Source: Tubiluchus corallicola
Taxonomy: Eukaryota > Animalia > Priapulida
Length of the DNA: 64,000 nucleotides
NCBI GenBank assembly: GCA_030141605.1
Contig: JAQGDQ010000036.1
Location: 806,001-870,000 of the forward strand
Reading direction: 5' to 3'
The notes under the pieces are model-generated. The model had not been told where the DNA came from. It was given only the letters and a program-made list of their open reading frames with translations, and ran no database searches. The position numbers and the translations under genes were made by a program. This document shows positions 13,101 to 28,100 of this stretch, piece by piece (position 1 is the stretch's first letter; the number at the start of each line of letters is the position of its first letter).

Positions 13101-16100
13101 TTATTATTTATTTTTCATTTATTTGTTTCTTATCTCTTGTGTTTTGCATTCTGTGTTGCACTTCCTATATTTTTACATATACTTAATTAAAGTTTGACAC
13201 AGATGTAGACATCTGTATAGGAATTGTTTGAAGTAGTCTAATTTCATTTTTCCACTTTTGCACCTAATAAAGTACCGAGTGATTCATTTATTAAAGTCAA
13301 CTAAACCCTCAACATAGTATAAGCTTTTACAACCTAAAATCCTACTTTCATTATGAATATTCAATCTATTTTATTATAAACATACTATACACCCGTTATG
13401 TGGGTTAGATAGTTTTTCCATATTTTTTAATCATAATTACACGTTAAGAAAACTTCAATGTCTGTTGGGATTATATTATATAGGCCTTTAATTTTGTTTT
13501 ATTTATTGTAAGGGAGTTTTGCTTTCATTTTAGTAGTTTAACCAGTTATGAAGTGTACAGGTTTGGCATAAAACGTAAAATAAGTGCCATTTGCTGTTTA
13601 TAATGATTTATAATATTCTGTTTTATCTTTTTTGCCTCTCCTTTAGCTGATTGTAAATTCTACTAATATAAAATGTACATACAATATTTAAACACTGTGT
13701 TGTAATTTTTTTGAACATTTAAATTATTTTATACTGCCTCTTTGATTTTGGCATTTGTTGTGTTATGTGGAATAAATGAATATTGAATATTAAAACTGTT
13801 TAATTACAAATTTTGAATTTATGACAGTGAGTACATAAAATGCATGTCTACAAGAAATTAATTCATGTGATCCTCCTATATGCATGACAATGCCCATCAT
13901 CTCAGTGTGCAATACTAAAATAGGAACTAGTACAAAGGTGGTTTATTTTTAGATATGTATATTGGACAGACTGGGGATTGATTCCATATATTGCGCGGAT
14001 GGGAATGGATGGCAGTAATAGAACAAGACTTATAACAGAAAAACTCTGTGAGTAGTTCTACTTTTATGTTCATGGCATTTAATAGAATAAAATAAAGAAA
14101 GCAGCTTGAGTTAATACAAGTCATTTACAACATGTAAAAGGTTGTACTATTATTATTAGTAATAATAACTAATACACATATTATTTATGTATCAAAGTTT
14201 TTTTTATTAATTGGGCAATAAAAATTTATTTGTAAATTATCTTTTTTCAGCTTGGCCCAATGGTCTTACAATCGAGTATGTGACAGAAAGGCTATTCTGG
14301 ACTGACGCTCATTTGGACAAAATTGAATTTTCTAATTTGGATGGTACTAATCGTCATGTGATTGTTGACAAGCAATTGGCTCATCCATTTGCACTATCAG
14401 TATTTGAGGTAATCTTCGTCAATGTCTTGAATAAAGATTTAAATAAATCAACTGTGTAAATGTATTTTAGCTGATTTTTTGCAAATTTTGAAAGCAAAAT
14501 TTAAATGAAAAAACTTAGAAAATCATATAATTATCATTATTCTGCTACAACGTGAATATTATAATGTACTTTTTGACCTTTCACACAATACCACTTGATA
14601 CGATGCATGAAAAAAGTAAACTCCATTAACTAATTGTGGTATGCATTGAAAACTGTTGGCCCACGTCTTTGTAGCTTCGTTTTGAGTTTTGCATTGTAGA
14701 ACTACTTTTTACACTCAAATCCTATTTTCGTGATTGGGATTTTTACTACTTTTAATCATGTAGTTATTGGTTTACGTTGCATGTTTTGTTGAAGTAAAAC
14801 ATAGACTTATGACGAGACTTAGATCTTTTTATGTGTTTCTAGGATTGGATTTATTGGACAGACTGGAATATGCTTGGGTTATACAGAGCGCATAAGCTTA
14901 CTGGAGAAAATAGGCAGACCTTGACGAATACAACTCATCGACCGATGGATATACACATTGTACATCCTCTTCGACAACCTGATGGTAGGTACCGTATATA
15001 CTCGCATATAAGCCTACATCGCATATAAGCCGACCCCCTAAAACTGCTTTAAAATGGCCAGTTTTTGCAAAAACCCGTATATAAGCCGACCATCAACTTG
15101 TCTAATTTTACTCCATACCCAATCAACAAATTGATCCCTTTTTGTCACATTTTGTTAATTGGGTATTTTTGGTTCATAGAAATTTTTTTCTATAAAGATG
15201 TAAAATGCTTACTTTTATGTTACATACTAGAAGAAATAGAAGAAATTATACATTTTGATATGAATAAAGAAGAAAATATTTTGTTTTCTATTTATTCAGA
15301 AAAAATTATAACATTTCTGTTTATAATTTAACGTAGTGTTCATAAAAATAATTAGAAACCTCCCCCCACGATCCCCCTCCAATACACCACTGGTGACACA
15401 CAACCAAATAAAAAGTCAGATAGCGATGAAAATGTGTGGCTGGAAAATTGGCATTAGTGTCTGTAATGGTGTTCATTTTGTTTCATGCGCATATAAGTCG
15501 ACTTCCTGATTTCAGTATTGTATTTTATAGTTCTAAATTCGGCTTATATGCCAGCATATACGGTACATCCTCTTCCTTAACATGTAGAATATAAACATTG
15601 GTGGTATTTACAATCGACATTGCTTTTACAAGGTTTTTTTGGGTTTGTTAAGTAATGCCTTGTCTGTAAGTTTTAATCAGTTCACTTATCAAAATGTAAC
15701 ACATTATTATTTTAGTTCCAAATCCATGTGGAACAAACAATGGTGGTTGTTCACATCTTTGTCTTATATCTCCGGGACCGGATAAGTACAAGTGCACCTG
15801 TCCTAATCACTTCGTTTTACTGGATGATAAGAAAACTTGCAAAGCAAACTGTACTGTAAGTTTATTTTATTTTTGTTATAAGCACTATGTATACCACATA
15901 TTTGATCTTAACTTTATTATAAATATTATATTTGTAAATCCTATAATAGCACATATTTATAGAACTAATTAATTAATTCAGTTTTTTTAATTCTAAGTAT
16001 TTTTAGATATGTTACTAAATGCAGTTTCTTTTGCTAGAATTGTCATAATTTGTTTACAGTTTTGTGGCTCATATTGTTACAATAACAATAATTTTTTCTG

Positions 16101-19100
16101 TTCATTAAGACTGGGCAATTCCGTTGTGGCAGTTCAGATGATCGATGCCTTCCACTTTTATTAAAATGTGATGGGATCAAGGATTGCAAGGATGGAAGTG
16201 ATGAACCAGATGATTGCCGTAAGTTCATGTAGTAATTGCATTTTAGTAAACTTTGTTTTAATCTTCAATTTGGGCTTCATGTCTTTGCTATATTACAATG
16301 TTGATCAGCTTATTTGCCAGGAATGTTTCAGGCTTTTCACAAAAGATATTAAAGTGACTTTTAAAGTCAGTATTATAATTTTGAATGTTTTTTTAAAACC
16401 TAAACCAGAAAAATTTTAAATCTTAATTTATTTTATTTAATAGTTCAAAATGAATATAATTGCCAAAGTGTTGTTTAACTTGACTTCAAAAAATAAATTC
16501 AGTTCAGTAACGAGACAGTTGCAAATGGAAAACATGCAATGTGCCAAAAGCATCATAAAATTAAACTTTTGTTTTTATATTTGTAATATGACAGCAATAT
16601 GGCACATATTTAATTTTTTATGAAGGTGCTTGTAGGTTATGCTAAATTATTCATTGAACTGTCACTATTTTTGAAGCTGTTTGATATGCATCCACTTACT
16701 TGTTTAAGATTATATGTTGATGCAGATAACTTATTGGTTTTCCGAAATGAACACTAAAAAAATCACCTGCTAATGTTGTCTTTGTCATGACATGTCGTGA
16801 TACGAAAAGTGTTCAACATTGTTCTTTTTCTTTTTATAGACAATATCAAACAAGTGATATTTTGAAACGTTGTGTGATTTTTGTGCTCTTCACTGTTAGA
16901 ACACGTAGTCTTTAACTAAATAATATGGTGTCCCTCAGATTGTGTACTGATTTTAAGAACTATTTCACCTATTACATTTAACTTATGTACAAGAGATAAA
17001 ATAATATAGTTCTCGTAATATTTTAGCGCCTCGCACTTGCAAGCCAGGTCAGTTCCAATGTAATAACAAAAATTGTACTTTCCCGTATTATTTGTGCGAT
17101 GGTGAAGATGACTGCGGAGACAATTCCGATGAAAAAGGCTGTGGTAAGTCACTGAAGTTATGTACAAGATATACATGACATAAATATCATGCATAGCAAG
17201 TAGTTTATATATCTTTTTTATGCGTACACTGTGAAACTCTTTTGTGCACCCTTTCTACTGACTTCAATTGTGCAAAAAGTAATTTCAGAAGCACTGAAGG
17301 TAAAATCAGAAGTGCTAAAGGGATATCAAATGTCCACATTAAACACAACGTGCTTGATGATTTATTGTTTTTGCGAATTTGTTGTTGTTATCCATTCCTT
17401 ATTCCTTATTGTTAGCATCATCATCATCATTGTAGCTGCTGCCAACATTATCGTACTTATTGCTGTAAATTTAACATAATTTTTGTTCATAACTAAACAT
17501 TTCCACTGAAAAACTCTGCACACTCCACTTCACTCCACATTCTAATTTGTTGTCCTTAACTAAAACTTCATGGTTTAACATTTCTTGAACAAAGACTTTA
17601 TTTAGTTAGTTTATTTAGAACAAGTTTATTGCCTCATGTTATATGTAATCGAATGAAGATAATGCATGTTTTTCCTTTTTCTCATATGATGTGTTTGTAA
17701 AATGGTGTTTCTTTCTGCTACAGATGTACGTCCATGTGAACCATGGCAGTTCAAGTGTGATTCTGGTAAATGCATTCCCCAGGCTTGGATATGTGATTTT
17801 GATAAGGATTGTAAAGATGGGTCCGATGAAAATGAAGCTGCTTGCTGTGAGTTTTTGTATTGCATTACTTTCTTTCTGGTTATCTTAATTAGACAATTTT
17901 AATGTTAAGGGATGCATGTCAAAAGTTCTAGGATAATAGCAACTAAGGTGGTCAATGAGCCACCAGAGTTTCTTACCATTTAGATATTCTTAGTTAAGCC
18001 AGTTCTCATATCAAAATACATGACTGGATAGTTCATTTTTGCAAAGATACTTTGCCTCTAAAGTAGCACGAGGCTAGCCAGCTACTTATTAACTTATATG
18101 CAAAATGCCCGACTTTTCTTGATTTTAGCTTAAAAAACAACACTTTTACCATATTGTAAATTGAGTGAAAGAAAACAGGTAGCCTTAAGAAGAAAGCAAG
18201 AATGCGAGGAGAGAAGCAAAACAGAGGGCAAACAAAGAAAAACGAAGAAAATAATGAGTGAGAAAATATTGTCCTTGATAAACATTTTAGTGTATCAGTT
18301 TTGTTTATTACATTTTTTTAAATTTTCTTAGGGCAGTAGAAAAGGGTTTCATAATTGCAGATTTAATAATTTAGTACAAGTTTTCAAATACAAAAAAGGC
18401 TTGTTTTTATTTATTTTTATATGCAAACAAATGCCATCTACTAAAATAAACTCATTTTGGTAGCAAGAAATTATTTCATTTGTGTCACTCACTTTGTGTC
18501 ATTGCTGTAAACTTGCAGCACGTAAGCGGCATGGTTGTAATACAATGCGGAGCTCAGCTTTTGGCAAACATTGTTACAGTGTGCACAATAGCTGCTCTAG
18601 ATTTCAAAAAAACACATTTCACATAATTTATTCACAATGTTTGGCCGCATATTTAGTAAAAGTAATTCAATGAGGAACAAAAATCTTCATTTCTCCATTC
18701 TGTCATGCATAAATCCTAAGTCGAGTAATTCCTACTGCGGACTATAAAACCTCTACCTGCTTTTTGTGCACTAACCTCTATGCAGTATACTGTATTTTAT
18801 AAATCGGATAACTTTTGAATAAACTAGAATAGTGAAATTTTTATTTTGCCTAAAGTGAAACTCTAACTCACTCATAGTGCAGCAGAAACCTTCCTGGATT
18901 TATTTTATTTCTCTTTTTAAAAAGTGTGTAAGCAGAGCTATCCTTAAGTTTTCTAATGGGACAGTTTTTTGTACAAAGTTTATGTTGTGTTCCCATAAAT
19001 ATTGTGCAGAAGTTACGCATGTACTTTGGAATTGTTTTTGTTTTTTCTTATTTTATTTCCATTCCTACATGAAAATTAATAAATTTGACCGTACTGATAC

Positions 19101-22100
19101 TCGGAGCAAATGCGGTGTAAAAAATGTAGATATTTTCTGGGAATTATGATGTTGCATGAGCTTTAGTCCAAATATTGTAGCACTTCAATACTTTAATGTA
19201 CACGTCAAGTTTCTGACAAAATTTAGGTATTCCCACAAAAAAATCCCCGAGATGTGTGCATAGTAGAAAATTTGGTACATACGGAATTAATCTTACAAAA
19301 ATTTTCACTAGCGGTTAACTGCCTATGTTGTTATACACATGGTTTTCCATGGTTAATTATGATTGTTTCATATGCTTCAGTTAATCGTACCTGTGACGCT
19401 GACGAGTTTACATGTAAAAATGGCAGGTGCATTCCCGAATCATGGGTGTGTGATTATGACAATGACTGCGGAGATGACAGTGATGAACCCCACTCAGAAT
19501 GTCGTAAGTATTTTGTCATTCTTGTATTCTTTTGGTTAAATTAATGCAAACTTAGTGCTTCTAAAGTGCTAATGTTTTCTGAAGCATGAGATTTTGATAT
19601 ATTTGCAAACATAATAATTTCTTTAGTTTACGATTTGTACTACAGTAATATCACAACAATGTAATTTCAGAAAAAAACTGAAACTGGAGATATTGACATG
19701 CAATGTGGTTTTCAATTGTTCAGCACATCTACATTGTTTTCATAAATAAACAAATTTCTCATTTAAACTTGTTATGTTTTTTTGATTTTAACTAGCTATC
19801 TGGCTGAATTGATAATGACTGAAATATGCTTTTCATGCAGGCAATAAGGCATGTCCTGCAGGGTGGCTCCGTTGTCAAGGCGGAAACTCTTGGCGCTGCA
19901 TCCCACAATGGCAGTTCTGTGATGGACATGATGATTGCCATGACAACAGCGATGAAGACTCTAGTAGGTGTCCGGAGTGTGATAACGAGGGAGATTTTCG
20001 CTGTGGTAATGGCAGGTGTATTCCTCTGCGATGGATGTGTGATTTTGAAAAGGATTGTGTAGATGGCTCTGACGAAGATGACGAAATGTGTGGTATGATT
20101 TTTTTCTTATTGGTACTATTTAACATAATAATAATATGATATCCCAACCTTTAATCTTGAGACATGTATGCAGTAGTTTTACTACACATTATTGCTGTAA
20201 CTAGACAATGATTTTTCATGTGATTGCTATTCAAATGTTAGTTTGCACTTTTGCTTGGCCTGTCCAGAAAGGGTTCTAATATAGGAGAGAGTAAGATATT
20301 CTGAGCCCATAAATTTTTCCAGGACATTTCAGTTTTATTTCACGGCTTAAAAACTATTTCTCTTGTTAAACTTAAAAAGATAACGCCTAATTGGAGTGGC
20401 TTGTTCAAAGATGGAAAATGAAAGCAGCATTATTTCATTCTCTTTTTTATGTCGTGTTTTATTCCTATCAGGTTTTTTACAACTGATTATATTATACCAC
20501 GTTATAGTTGAATTAATAATTGAAATGTAATTTGATAGTCATTTCTATTCTTGTTCCTCCCACTGTACATGCACATAGAGTTAGTGCTAATGGCATTTTT
20601 TCTATTAACAATTTAGCAATTCCTGCTTTGTAATACAGTAGTCGCCATTTAATAGCCTCACGGTTAATAGTCTTAATCGCTTAATTGACTCAAAAATGCC
20701 TGGAACGGGCCACTTCTATTCAAATATACATAAAAACTATCGGTGATTGACTCGTACAACCTCGCTTAATTGACTCAATAGTTTTCCTTCACATACTTAA
20801 AATAAGACATTTGTATGTGCCCAAACAGCCTTTCCTACTTTTATGTCATCTTTACTTCCCTTTCGTGCATTATATATGTAGAAACAATCATGTTAAGTAC
20901 CGTTTTGTTTGTTAGCAGGTACATTTATCATGCGCTAATATGCTAGCGTAGCGGTTTTGCTTTGAATCTGTTGCCTGTTCGCCCACTGCAATTAACCTCG
21001 TTACCTAAAGAATTTCTGGAAGCTAAACATTTAGTCACTTGTCTAGCAGTTTCCTTTTGATGCTCTAGTTGCAAATCACCCTTTCAGGCTTAATGAGTTA
21101 ATAGTCAAAGATACAAGTACTGTACATTTACTGGGTATGTCATGGAGCAATGTAAGTGAGCAGACTATTCAGAACTGTTTTAGTCATGCCCAATTCAGAC
21201 TTGTGTGATTTAGAAAAGTATACTTTTCAATTTATTGGTAATTCACTTATATAACTGCACAAAGGAATTTAGGCATTACTTCATTTCTAAAATTGATAAA
21301 AGCCTTTAGTCTGTTAATTGGATCAAAACACATCGGACCAAAGTGAGTCTATTAAGCGGTGACTACTGTATATATATATATACATTGCTTACTTTGAATA
21401 TTTTTTTATTTGTATATTTTTGTTGCAGCGGATCGCTACAGAGAATGTTCAGAGTCAGAATTCCGCTGCAGTGATAAGAAATGCATACCTGGCAGATGGC
21501 GATGTGATCACGATGACGACTGTAAAGACAAGAGTGATGAACAGAATTGTACTGATCACAAATGCGCTAACGATCAACTGTTCCAGTGCCGCAGGTAGGA
21601 AAATTCTCTTTTGTTCTGGCCAGGTAGCTCAGTCGGCTGGATGTTAAATTACAAATTTTAAGGACTACATTGGTATTATGAATTGATATTGTTCTTTGAG
21701 TTAGACAGCACAACGATGCACACAGCAAAAGAGCACTTGACATGGGCAGCGAAAAATTTCGTCATAGTCAAACATGATCAAGTGTCCTTGGCTAAACACA
21801 ACTAATATTTACACAACTTTGATAAAACAATTGTAAACATGCTAACAGTACTTTTGCTGTTTACAATATTAAGACAAAAAGTATATGCATTATGTAAGAA
21901 TGTTGGCTTGCTCAAAAGATGGTATGAAATTGTACCACCAGTACACCACTTAGTTCTTCCACATTTTCTGAAGAAGAATTAAGTTTTCTCTCTAGTGTTA
22001 TACATTTCATTTTTAAATGTCTTTTCTTAGAACTTACGTTTTGCATTCCAGAACTTGATATATTGGGTAAATTGATATACCGTCGGAAAATAAGTTAAGG

Positions 22101-25100
22101 GCACCTGTATTTGACATTTTTCCAAGGGACTTGAAACTCTCGGCTGGTTTATGGATATGATGAAAAGTGTCTTCTATGTATGGGCCATCGTGTTCTTCAG
22201 ATTGATGACTAGTACAAGTTTTGTTTAGCCCCTAATTTTCTGGAGAAATTATATTCTTGTATTCTTGTTACATTTCAGTACTGTTTCCATGATGGCTGTG
22301 AAAGCAGTACACCGTTTTTCATGGCAGGAAATTACGTATTGATTGTGTACTTCCTTTTGGCTTTTGAAAGGCTACGTCATGTTCACATTAGTTACTTAAT
22401 CAGTATATTGATTAAATGTGCTTATGTGCTAACAATTTTTTTGAGATTGGGCTGAAAGCACCATGTAAAAATAAATTTGTAAAATTCACGAGAAATACTG
22501 GTAGTTATTTTTGCTAGATTTCTCGTCATTATGGTAAATTCTTCGAAAATCCCCACTTTCCAACATTTTTGAATATTAGAATTGAAATGTATATCTTATT
22601 CAGTCAGAATGTGCAATCAGTTCATTCAGTATTTGCATTTATTTCTATTTTTCCTCACTTGTAGAACCAGTCGGCTTACTAGCTTTTTATAGTGCTTTTT
22701 TCGAAGAAAAGGAAAAGGTGAAAAATAAAAATAAAATAAAAAAGCATAAAAATGTAGTTTTGCACTATACACATGTAATAAATTTTGTTTCAGTGGTCAC
22801 TGCTTGTCCAACACAACTCGTTGTGATGGTAAGAAAGATTGCAAGGATCTTTCTGATGAGGTTGGATGCCCAACTCGGTACCCTGGAGGGCGGTGGTGTC
22901 CAACCGAGCAGTTTGAATGCGATAACACCGTAAGCATTGTTTGTAAATAGCATTCACAAATATAATAATATTGTTGACGAGTTCACTGTTTTTTAACTAG
23001 TGAACTGGTTTTTTAAGCAGTACGACAAATTCCTAGTAATCTTTGACATTTTACAGCTTTGCATTGAGATGTCATTTAGATGTGATGGGCAAGATGACTG
23101 TGGAGACAATTCTGATGAAACAATAGAGCAATGTAGTACGTATCAGTTTTTTTTATTTATTGGGTACGTAATTAGGCAATATTCAGAATGCTGACAACAT
23201 GTAAAGATAAAATGTAATATGGTAACAAAACTGTTGTGGCTAGAATCTTAGAATATTTACATAGAATTTTACTAGATTAGCCACCTTTTATGGAGTGCAT
23301 AATTCAGTTTCTAAACTTTATTTTAGAAAATATAGAAAGTCATACTTTTGGTGCTTATTTACATACAGAAATGTATACTCAATTTGCCAGACTTTATTTT
23401 TACCTATATCAGAAAAAGCGCACAAAATCTGGACTATAAAAAGTCCTGTATACTACGGACACAGTCCGTTGTTTTGTGAGCTGACCGATATTTGGCGGGC
23501 CATCACTTGTTTACATCATTACATCAGTGTAACCAAGCAGCGTGTAACAACTGTACTTAACGTGATTATTTCTACGTATATTATATTGCACAAAAGCAAA
23601 GTAAGACGACATAAAAATAGTAATAAGCTCATTGGTCACACAAAGGTATCTTATTTAAGCATGTGCACAAAAAAGCTATTTGAGTCCATTGTCGACAGTT
23701 TTTATATACTTTGCATAGGAGTGGCCTGTACTAGACATTTTTGAGACAATTAGGCGATTGATTCTACATTACTGTGCATCTAATACATGGTACCTACTGT
23801 ATTAGCTTAGTATCGGTAAACACAGACAATCGGCAAATTCGGACTGACGTCTCCCTGCTTTTGTCTGGGAAACCGAGACATGAATGTATTGACAGAATTT
23901 TCGGCAATTATTGTACTATTAATTGTAATACTTGGTGTACTATTTGTACTACTTTATTTAAAGTTGACTGTTTTTTTAAGACCAAATAGCCTGTCCACTA
24001 GAGACCAAATTCCGGTGTAAAAACAACAAATGCATCGATAAGTTCCGTATTTGCGATCAGGTCGACAACTGTGGAGATGCATCTGATGAAAATGATTTCT
24101 CATTGTGTAAAAGTCAGCGGAAAAACTGCACAATCGACGAATTCAGGTTAGTTTATTTTGCTACAATTCTTTTGTAAGCTTTGTGTTAAGTAAAGTTAAG
24201 TTAAGTTGTATGGTCTGTGAATGTAAGTAAAGCTAGAGTTCCTTTTCAAAACTGCCTTTAAAATATTTGTAGTTACAAGTTTTGAACTGTAAAGGTAAAT
24301 TAACATATGGGCCTATGGCTTTGGTTTCTTGTTAATTTGCATTACTGTTTAATGAAAATCTGTTAAGGTTTGGATAAAGAATTAATAGACTTTTTATCTT
24401 GTTCTACTGAACTCCTGCTTCACTTTTACAAAAGTTTTTTGTTCTTAGTTTTGCTGCGCAATTCATATAAGCTATTTTCCCAGGTGTGCAAATGGGAAGT
24501 GTATACCTGCTAATGCTCTTTGTGACGAGTACGATGACTGTGGTGACCGAACAGATGAACTGTCATGTCGTAAGTGTTTAATTATTTTCCTATATTTCAT
24601 TAAGCTAAAGTGCTTATTGAGAAAAAAATTGACTACCTAGTGTAGTATTACTATTGTGCATTCATGTGATTAAATTGTACAAGCAACCATATTTTGTCGA
24701 ATTGTACATCTTAGTAGTCATGTGTCTATTTCCAGATAAAGGACCGGGTACTGGTTGTGGTAGTAACAGTACCAATGGTGGTTGTCAAGGCATTTGCATT
24801 AACCTGGGTATCAATGTCGGTCACATATGTGCGTGCAAACCAGGTTACACTGTTGATCCTAAAGACAAGAAATCCTGCATTGACATAGATGAATGTGCAT
24901 CTGCTACTCACAATTGTTCTCAACAATGCATTAACATTGATGGATCATTTGGGTGTGAATGCAAGCCAGGGTTTGTTGATGTCTCCATCACTGGAGAAAG
25001 AGGTAAATTTTATATTTTTATTTATATTATACACAGTACAGTGCCAATAAAAGTTAGAATTTTGCGTAGGTTTTCAATGCTTGTGAAGTAACAGGACTTA

Positions 25101-28100
25101 ATATCAAAACTATGTGCAAAATATCATATGTAGAACATGCAGCAAACTTCCATATTTGAGCAAGGAAATAATGTATTCGATGAGCTGCTTTTTTGAAGCA
25201 TTGCAGTTATGTAATCTATTTATTAATTTTCAGTTTCTATGTTAAACTAGAAGAATTGTCATTTTGCATGAAACTGGAATAAAGTAATTAATTTTGAGTT
25301 GTCAACATTTTTGTCATGCCTAATTATCTGTGTAATTTTTGTAAAGTAGTTTCAACTGTCAAGAATTACGTGCACTATGGGCTTTCCACCATATGAATAA
25401 ATGCATTTCTACACTTATCACTGGTTGAATACTTGTTTGAAGTTTTATGCTTCATAATTTAATTTATAGTTGCCATTACTTTTTTTTGTTTTTCAGGTGC
25501 ACACTGTAGAGCAACAGGTAAAGCAGCATCAATATTGTTTGCAAATGGACCGGAAATCAGGAGTTACAAATTGGACAAGAAAAATTTTGAATACAGTGAC
25601 CTAATACGTGATCAGCAACAAATTCAGTCTATTGACTTTGACCCAAAGAAAAAGCTGGTTTACTGGGCAGATGCTGCTATGCGAAAAGTACAGCGTGCGA
25701 TAATACCCCAGACGCCCAATGATATTGGCTTACCACAAGATTTAGTGAATACTGTAAATCCTCAAGGAATTGCTGTAGACTGGATAGGCAGGTGAGAAAT
25801 TTGTGTTTGTTTACATTGATTGTATACAGTACATCTTTTTGAAGATCTAAGTCAGTCTGCAACTTAAATGTTCTTTCTTATTACAGAAACTTGTATTACG
25901 TTGATAGTGGACGAAAGGAGATTGGTGTCTCTATACTTGATGGGCGCTATTCTCGACGTCTTGTTACTACTGATCTAGATAAACCTGGAGACATTGTTGT
26001 CAATCCGGAGCTTGGGTAAACTAGTTTATTGACATTGCCACTGTGAAATAGCTAAAGCTGTCTAGTTTAATCATGCAAAAATTGAATTTTTACATTTAGT
26101 TCTTCAAATGAGAAAAGAGGTGGGTTGATATATTTCATGTATAGTTCTACTATGAGGGCATCATTGGTTATAAGATTTTATTTGCACACATCTTATTTTA
26201 ACAGGCTATTGTACTGGACTGATTACGGAACTCTGCCAAAGATTGAATCAGCATGGATGGATGGAACCAAGAGGAAAACACTAGTGAAAACTCGTTTGAG
26301 CAAACCAACTGGTCTTGCTATAGACTATTCATCAAATCATCGAGTCTACTGGTCTGATGTGAAGCAAAATTTAATTGAATCGATGAATTGGGACGGCACA
26401 GACAGGCGTGTAATACTTAAAAAAGGTGCGATGAAATTTTGCAGAAATGTATTTTAGCAAATGTTTTAACATCTAGTCACTTAACCTGCTCCTTTTTGTA
26501 GGATATTTTAGTTGATGTGAAAATAAAACAAATGGTCAATTGTTTTGATATGAGGAAATGTGTGAAATGTCTTCCACATATATTTTAGGAAATGTGTGAA
26601 ATGTCTTTCAACTTCCTTGAAAATTTGTATGGCAAATACATTCCTTTATCTATTCACTGGGCTTTTCTTGTGTCATAAGTTCTATATTAATTATCTATAT
26701 TAAAATATCAGCAAACCTGTTCGTCTTATATGGAGGTGACATTGATCGTTTAAGACTAATTACATGAAAGTTCGCAGCTTGTCAGATCTCAGTCTTGGCC
26801 CTGTTGCCATTTTTATCTTCTCTTTTGGCTCCTTCTAGTCTTGGCTCTATTGCCATTTTTTCTTCTCTTTTGTTTCGAAATGCCGCGTTCCCTTGTAGAT
26901 GATCCAATAGCTTACAAAGTATACATAATGGCCTACTCGATCAAGGGGACTGTGATGTTATATCTATTGATAATAAAACAAATAAGTCACTGACTTTCTA
27001 GAACTGCATGCATTCCATACAGTACCTAGGTAATGTATAATTTATCCAGGAAAAGTGGCAATGAAATACAAATTATGTTCATTTTGCACTTTGCCAAAGT
27101 TGCTTTAAGCCTTTTATTCAGATCCTAGTTATTATACAAAATGTCTAAGTGTATCGCTACTTAAAGTGTGAAAATGTTGCAGCAAAAACATTTTGTACTT
27201 CTCTCAAAATCACTACTGCAGTAGAAATGTGTTGGCTGTTTTCGCTACTATCTTCAGGGACCTTATGAGCTTCTGAGAAAATCTTTCACAGTTCATGAAT
27301 GGTGAAGAAGGGCTGCACTTTATTTGAAAAACTACCTTGTTAATAGTGAGAGAATAATGTGGTTCATCCTGCATCCTGAATTTCTAAGAACTTCAGTTGG
27401 TGATCGATAGACTTCCTGCCGGGCTGATGTTGCAGTTCATTTCTAATGTAATTGCAGTAAAGAAAATAAAAAGAATTGATAAAGGACAATTCTGATTCAT
27501 GTAAGAGCTTGCTCAGAGTGGAGGAAAATTTAAAAAGAAAATCAGAAATCAACGTATATTTTGAGGCACCGTATATCTCTTCTGTGGGATGTTTTCAGTG
27601 TTATAAGAATGTGATTTATTTTTAGATCTTGAGAATCCATACAAGCTAGATGTGTTTGAAAACTGGATTTATTGGGTATCAAAAGATGAAGGCTCTGTTT
27701 TTAAGCAAGATAAATTTGGACGGGGCGTTCGTGTTCCAGTGCAGCAAGGTATGTTTTGGTGTAAGGAAATACATCATGCAATTATATCAATGACAGTGTT
27801 AGATCTTGTTAGATGAAAATTATCTGACAGTGGTTAGAAATAGTTGGTTAATGCATGGTATTTTTGATATTTTTTAATTTATGGGTGAACTAGCTCAAGT
27901 TTTGGTAACACTGTAATGTATAGCATGTTTTCTGTAATAAGATTAGTAGTTTGTTTTTATTTCTTTACAAGTGAGATAAATTTTATAAAATTAAACAAAA
28001 ATTACCTGACTTCACTGAAACAAGTAGATTACACTTAAATGTGTTAGCTGTTTGCTTTTTGATCACTTTGTCAGCTTTTACAAACTTGAAAACTCTATCA

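Noticed and set aside
21614-21640. tRNA-like GGCCAGGTAGCTCAGTCGG
   Set aside because: Only an A-box-like stub; no B-box or cloverleaf follows.
23279-23727. Possible MITE with GCCAC..TATG inverted ends
   Set aside because: The inverted match is short and imperfect and there is no clear target duplication. The overlapping 149-aa ORF has no recognisable motif.
26553-26872. Small direct repeats (21 bp at 26553/26587; about 35 bp at 26791/26838)
   Set aside because: Two-copy slippage duplications in an intron with no further structure; not CRISPR-like.
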